Origin: Armatimonadia bacterium
GTDB taxonomy: Bacteria; Armatimonadota; Zipacnadia; Zipacnadales; UBA11051
Direction: 5' to 3'
Length of the DNA stretch: 20,380 nt
Assembly (NCBI GenBank): GCA_039683575.1
Contig: JBDKRC010000095.1
Coordinates: forward strand, 1-20,380
Shown: positions 16,144 through 20,380 of the stretch, piece after piece
Position numbering within the stretch: the first letter of the stretch is position 1
How the letters are laid out: each line of letters begins with the position of its first letter
Made by a program: the position numbers and the translations under genes
Notes under the pieces: generated by a model
Database searches by the model: none
What the model was told of the DNA's origin: nothing
Seen by the model: only the letters and a program-made list of their open reading frames with translations

Positions 16144-19100
16144 ATTGCCAGATATTGACGAGTTTGCCCGCGTAGGCAGTGTCCAGAGCCGCCTGTGTGG
16201 CGGGTTTCTCGAAGAAGACCCTGGTGGGGTTGTCGCGGATTGCGCCGGCGAGTCTGCGGGCGTCAGCCCCCTCGCCGAGCCAGGCGCCGGCGAAGTAGTC
16301 GTTGCGACCGGGCTTGAGGTTGCCCTTGTCGTCGCTCTGGCCGTTGGCGAAGGTGAGCAGGGTCTTGAGCCAGAGGGAATCGTCGGCAGTCCGGCACACC
16401 GGGCCCTGAGCGAGAAGCGGCGTGGAATCGAGGGTCAGGCGGAGTTGGTTGCCATCGCGGCGGGCGGTTACGACGCGGTACATGGCGCTACGGGCGGGGT
16501 TATAGAGGCGGACGTAACGACCGGGAGCGAAGGTGGCGTCCTGGGCGGCGGGGGTATTCAGCGAGATCTCGTTCTTCTGGTAGTCAACTGCCGCGATAGT
16601 GCTTTGGGCGTACTCGTTGCCAAATTGCACCTGCCGGGCGGGCTTATCGGCTTGCTTGATCTGAACCGCGACGCTGAGGGGGCGGTGGGTGGTGGTCCGG
16701 CTGGGACCCGCGGGGAGGGTGAAGGTGATCTCGTCCACACCGTCGGCGCGCGTGATTTCGAGCTTGAGCGGGGATTCCTGGACGAGGCGCACGCTCTGGA
16801 CGACGGGCGTCTTCTGGTAGGCATCGAGCACGGTCAGGAAGAGCGACGGCTTCTGAGCCCGCGCCTGGCGGCGGACGAGCAGGTAATCGAGGCCCCAGTC
16901 AGCCGGCCGGGCGGGGGAGCGGCCTACGCCGGTGATGATCTCGGCCGGGCCGCCGACGGGGATGACGTGGAGGGCGAGGCGGTCGCCCTCGGGCAGGCCA
17001 TAGTCCCAGTTCCAGACCGCGGGCTCGGCGAGAGTGGCGCGCTTGACCTGGCTGAGGTAGGACGGGAAGTTGCGGGTCTTGCGGCCCCACTTGTCGGTGT
17101 ACCGGGCGGCGAGGGCGACGTCGGGGCCGGCGAGGGTGCCCTGAGGCTGCTCCTGCCACTGCAGCGTGGGCGGCTGGACCTTGGTCAGGGGGCCATGCCA
17201 GGACTGGTCGTGCTGCGAGCCGCCATTGACGGCGAAGAGGTCCACGACGTAGAAGCGGTCGGCGTCCACCTCGATGAGGACGGAGGTGCGTTCGTAGAGG
17301 TCGACGCCCGAGGCGGGTGGGACGCCCGCACTGCGCGTTGAGGCGGGTGGGAAATCGTGCGCCGGATAGGGGTCGTGCCGGGCCGAGATCACGTGCACGC
17401 CGCCCTCGGTAGCGAAGAGGTTGCACTGACCGCCGATATCGGCCGCTGGCTGGGTCTCGTCCACCGTGACAGTGTTGTGGGACATGCTGCCGCTGTCCCA
17501 GTCGCGGTAGTCCCACGTGTACGGATAGCCGAGATCAGGCAGGATGTTGACGCCGCGCGCGAAGAGTTCGAGGTTGAGATTGTCCATCTGGCGATGGCCG
17601 ATGATGGAGGCGTAGTTGAGCGCGAGGGCCTTGCCGTTGGTGGGGTCGCCAACTTCGAGGATGCCGACGCCGTAGCCGTCCAATACGCGGTCCTGGAACT
17701 TGATCTGTGACTCCGGAGTGGCCAGGGCGGCGCGAATCTCGTCCTCCGGGTAGGGCTCGAATAGCTCACCGCCGGAGAGGGTGCCGTCGAGCTTAGTGGC
17801 GGCGCGGGCGAGGCGGGGGTCCTTGTACCGCTCGAAGCCGTACAGGTTCTCCTTGGAGACATAGGAGTAGCGGTTAGGCTTCTCCCTGTAAGGGGGCTGG
17901 ATGGCGCCGGAATCACCGATTGACGGCATGTGCATGTGGAAGATGGTCATGTCGATGAAGTGGTCGAAGAGCCCCTTACCCTTGGCGTTGCCGAAGAGGT
18001 CAGGATACTGTTCGAGCGGGTATAGGTCTGGGTGGAGCTTGCGCATGTCCTCCATCAGGCGGTTGACGCGGATGAAGTCGAACTTGATGGAGTTGTATCC
18101 GGGGCTCTCGTGGCCGGAGCCGTCGCGGTTGGTGCCGTTGACGATGGTGAACGCCGCGTGGCCCTTGCCGTGGAAGGCGAAGTCCACCATGTCTCGCGAG
18201 TTCGGGTGGGTGTCGCTGTGATCATCCAGCACGAGGGCCACGGACATGGCCGAGGCCTGGTAGAAGCCCTCGTTGCCCTCGATGTGGCCGTTGAGCAGCG
18301 CCTGCATGCCGACGCGGAGGATATTGTCCTCGATGTACCGCCGCAGGTCGTTACCGTCCTTGATGGGCATCCCCTTAGCCTGCAGGAACGCGATCAGCTC
18401 CGGGTCCTGGTCCATGTAGTTGTAGAGGCCGTCGTAGGCGTAGGCGGTGGCTTCGAGGCAGAAGCTCTCCCAGATGAAGTCGGTGATCATCCCGCCTGTC
18501 TTCCAGGTGTAGTGCGGGTCGCGGCCACCGTAGGGGCCATAGAAGAGGCGGTCTTTGCGGTCGGTGAAGTTGGGGTATTCGGTGGCGAGGCGGGCGAGCA
18601 GGATGCAGCCCTTGCGGGCGTACTGCTTGTCGCCGGTGAGCAGCCAGGCCTGAGACAGCGAGCGCAGGCAGGGGATGGTGTTGTTGCCATACGCCATGTG
18701 GGCGTACTCTTTCAGGAAATGGTAGGTTTTCCCCTGGTACTTGCAGCCGCTGCCGTCGTCCGGGAATTCCCCGGAGGTCAGGTCGCCATTCATGAAGTCA
18801 TTGGACGGGTACCACTCGCCCCCGAGGCGGCAGCGAACCTTGTAAGGGTGGCCGATGGGATCGGTGGTCCAGGCGGTCCAGGCGTTCTTCTCGCGGACCT
18901 TCTCGCCATGGATGGGGCAGAGGGCGTTGGTTTCGTGGTTTGGCGGGACGCGGGGGATCGTGGTACTCGGCTGCATCAGCCAGATGAAGTCATCGGTCTG
19001 CTTGATACACTCGGCAGCCTGTCCGTACTCGCGCCCGATGTAGTAGGTGTTGCTGTCGCCCTTCATGATGCGCTGCATGGCTGAGACGGCAAAGGGGCGC

Positions 19101-19228
19101 TGTTTGGCGAGGTTCTCCCTGCCGCACGCGACGCGCTCGGGGGTGTAGTAGGTGGGCGCAGTCTTGGCGGCGGCGAGGGTGGTCAAGGCCATGAGAAAGC
19201 CTCCGAGCAGGCCTAAGGTGAGTTTCAT
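16103..19228 (-). CDS. Secreted heparinase II/III-like (polysaccharide lyase superfamily) protein, 1041 aa
   Basis: Signal peptide, AWLLTGDKQYA alpha-toroid motif, DGSGHESPGY, PSIGD, GHRQMDNLNLELFARG...PDLGY, SHNTVTVD. RBS CAGGAGG. Confidence 0.87.
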   Translation of the reverse strand: MKLTLGLLGGFLMALTTLAAAKTAPTYYTPERVACGRENLAKQRPFAVSAMQRIMKGDSNTYYIGREYGQAAECIKQTDDFIWLMQPSTTIPRVPPNHETNALCPIHGEKVREKNAWTAWTTDPIGHPYKVRCRLGGEWYPSNDFMNGDLTSGEFPDDGSGCKYQGKTYHFLKEYAHMAYGNNTIPCLRSLSQAWLLTGDKQYARKGCILLARLATEYPNFTDRKDRLFYGPYGGRDPHYTWKTGGMITDFIWESFCLEATAYAYDGLYNYMDQDPELIAFLQAKGMPIKDGNDLRRYIEDNILRVGMQALLNGHIEGNEGFYQASAMSVALVLDDHSDTHPNSRDMVDFAFHGKGHAAFTIVNGTNRDGSGHESPGYNSIKFDFIRVNRLMEDMRKLHPDLYPLEQYPDLFGNAKGKGLFDHFIDMTIFHMHMPSIGDSGAIQPPYREKPNRYSYVSKENLYGFERYKDPRLARAATKLDGTLSGGELFEPYPEDEIRAALATPESQIKFQDRVLDGYGVGILEVGDPTNGKALALNYASIIGHRQMDNLNLELFARGVNILPDLGYPYTWDYRDWDSGSMSHNTVTVDETQPAADIGGQCNLFATEGGVHVISARHDPYPAHDFPPASTRSAGVPPASGVDLYERTSVLIEVDADRFYVVDLFAVNGGSQHDQSWHGPLTKVQPPTLQWQEQPQGTLAGPDVALAARYTDKWGRKTRNFPSYLSQVKRATLAEPAVWNWDYGLPEGDRLALHVIPVGGPAEIITGVGRSPARPADWGLDYLLVRRQARAQKPSLFLTVLDAYQKTPVVQSVRLVQESPLKLEITRADGVDEITFTLPAGPSRTTTHRPLSVAVQIKQADKPARQVQFGNEYAQSTIAAVDYQKNEISLNTPAAQDATFAPGRYVRLYNPARSAMYRVVTARRDGNQLRLTLDSTPLLAQGPVCRTADDSLWLKTLLTFANGQSDDKGNLKPGRNDYFAGAWLGEGADARRLAGAIRDNPTRVFFEKPATQAALDTAYAGKLVNIWQYGVGDSAEAPVVR
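17310..17352. repeat. REP-derived unit (plus 13-nt partial tandem copy) inside the heparinase-like CDS
   Basis: GAGGCGGGTGGGACGCCCGCACTGCGCGTT (17310-17339) matches 19603-19632 at 26/30. GAGGCGGGTGGGA is repeated at 17340-17352. Encodes FPPASTRSAGVPPAS. Confidence 0.8.
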
Positions 19229-19326
19229 CTGGTGCCTCCTGAACAGGCAGTTATTCGGTGCTCAGGGCGGCTGCACCTGTCGGGCGACGAAAGGGAGAAG
19301 CCAAGGGTGTGGCGAATGTGGAAGGC

Positions 19327-20280
19327 ATGTGTGATGACGCCATTCTCGCGCTCGATCTGGGCACCTCCGGGTGTCGGGCGGAAGTCTTCTCGCTCGAGGG
19401 CGTGAGTCTGGGCTGGGCGTATGAGGAATACGAGCTACTTTCGCCGGAGCCGGGGGCGGCGGAGCAGGACGCGGAGGGTTGGTGGAGGGCGTTGGTGAGG
19501 TGTGCTCGGAAGGCGCTCTCGGGCTGTAGGGCGGGGGCTCGTACCCCGCCGCAGAAGGTCGGGGATAACGGCCGGCGGGGTACAAGCCCCCGCCCTACAG
19601 CGGAGGCGGGCGAGACACCCGCACTACGCGTTCTGGGGATCGGCATCAGTGCGCAGGGGCACTCGTGGGTGCCGGTGGATGGGGGTCTGCGGCCGCTGCG
19701 GAAGGCTATGACGTGGCTTGATGCACGGGCGGAAGGGCAGGCGCGGAGGCTTTTGGAGGACCATCCGCTGGAGTTCTGGGGGGCGCACGCCGGGAAACAG
19801 CCGGGGCAGTGGCACCTGTTGCCGCAGCTACTTTGGTTGCGGGAGCATGAGCCCGAGACGGTGGCGGCGGCGCGGCGGTATCTGTTTGCACATGATTATA
19901 TCCTGATGCGGCTGACGGGCGAGGTTGCGACGGACTACACAACGGCGGCCGGTTCGCTGCTGTTTGACTTGCGGGAATGGGGCTGGTCGTCGGAGCTCTT
20001 GGCGGAGTATGGCGTGGAAGAGGGGCTGCTGCCGAGGGTCGTACCGGCGGGTACGGTGGCAGGGAAGTTGACGGCAGAGGCGGCGGAGGAGTTGGGGCTG
20101 ACCGGAGACGTCGTTGTGGCGGTGGGGGCACAGGACCAGAAATGCGCGGCCTTGGCGGCGGGACTGGATGGTACGACGGCGACGGCTTCGCTGGGGACGG
20201 CTACGGCAATCATCGCACGTGTCGCTGAGCCTCGTTTTGAGGCTCAACATGGGCTAGTGTCTTGTCCAATAAATATCTAA
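19327..20280 (+). pseudogene. FGGY family carbohydrate kinase (xylulokinase-like), truncated after 310 codons by IS insertion
   Basis: LALDLGTSG, EQDAEGWW, GIGISAQGHS, WLDARA, TDYTTAAGSLLFD, GAQDQKCAALAAG, SLGT. Most of the C-terminal domain is missing (the family is usually about 500 aa). The last residues VSCPINI* derive from AT-rich IS DNA. Confidence 0.88.
19523..19632. repeat. REPIN-like inverted REP doublet plus a second REP type, in frame inside the FGGY kinase
   Basis: 19523-19551 and 19573-19601 form a 29-bp inverted repeat (1 mismatch, 21-nt spacer) of GTAGGGCGGGGGCTYGTACCCCGCC. 19606-19627 reads GTAGTGCGGGTGTCTCGCCCGC on the minus strand. Confidence 0.9.
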
Positions 20281-20380
20281 TCAATTAAATAAAAGGATTT
20301 CGGCTGGCTTGTGGAATAGGCAGATCATCTTGCTTGCGGAGTGATCTATGTCTGGTCCACGAGCCGTTCCGATTATCCTG
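20257..20380 (+). mobile_element. Left end of a probable IS630-family insertion sequence inserted at TA (CTAG context)
   Basis: Abrupt switch to AT-rich DNA at cTA|GTGTCTTGTCCAATAAATATCTAATCAATTAAATAAAA, interrupting a conserved gene. Followed by an RBS and an IS630-like N-terminus. Confidence 0.72.
20348..20380 (+). CDS. N-terminus of probable IS630-family transposase (cut by window edge)
   Basis: GGAG 6 nt before ATG. MSGPRAVPIIL resembles IS630 transposase starts, but only 11 codons are visible. Confidence 0.6.
   Translation, partial: MSGPRAVPIIL

Noticed and set aside
15890-19084. Long + strand ORFs 15890-17341 and 18032-19084
   Set aside because: Antisense shadows of the heparinase-like gene with no motifs.
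19258-19326. ORF-track N-terminal extensions (also 225-296, 10052-10132, 14007-14033, 7930-8037)
   Set aside because: Downstream starts match family N-termini and mostly have better RBSs.

Overview
GC-rich bacterial segment, probably a whole contig since insertion sequences sit at both ends: an IS1202/ISNCY-type right end at 1-126 and an IS630-type left end at about 20257-20380 that truncates an FGGY sugar kinase. Gene content resembles Armatimonadota/Planctomycetota-like polysaccharide degraders (inference only). Left part (1.1-5.8 kb): a rearranged RHS polymorphic-toxin island. It holds an orphan RHS core tip with an unrecognised 251-aa C-terminal domain carrying a colicin-M-like DKYD motif, a second RHS core fragment sharing a 95-bp repeat with the first, two paralogous 4-TM plus soluble-domain putative immunity genes, and a third small membrane protein. 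Right part (6.5-20.3 kb): a carbohydrate-catabolism region with two secreted glycoside-hydrolase-like proteins, a heparinase II/III-like protein, two Gfo/Idh/MocA oxidoreductases, a SAM methyltransferase and the FGGY kinase, plus an inserted lipoprotein gene. Most notable: (i) GTAG-type REP palindromes occur between genes and also in frame inside two enzymes, where the same 30-bp unit is translated in opposite orientations; (ii) the candidate new extracytoplasmic toxin/immunity family; (iii) very strong strand-specific G/C codon skew that marks recently moved DNA.
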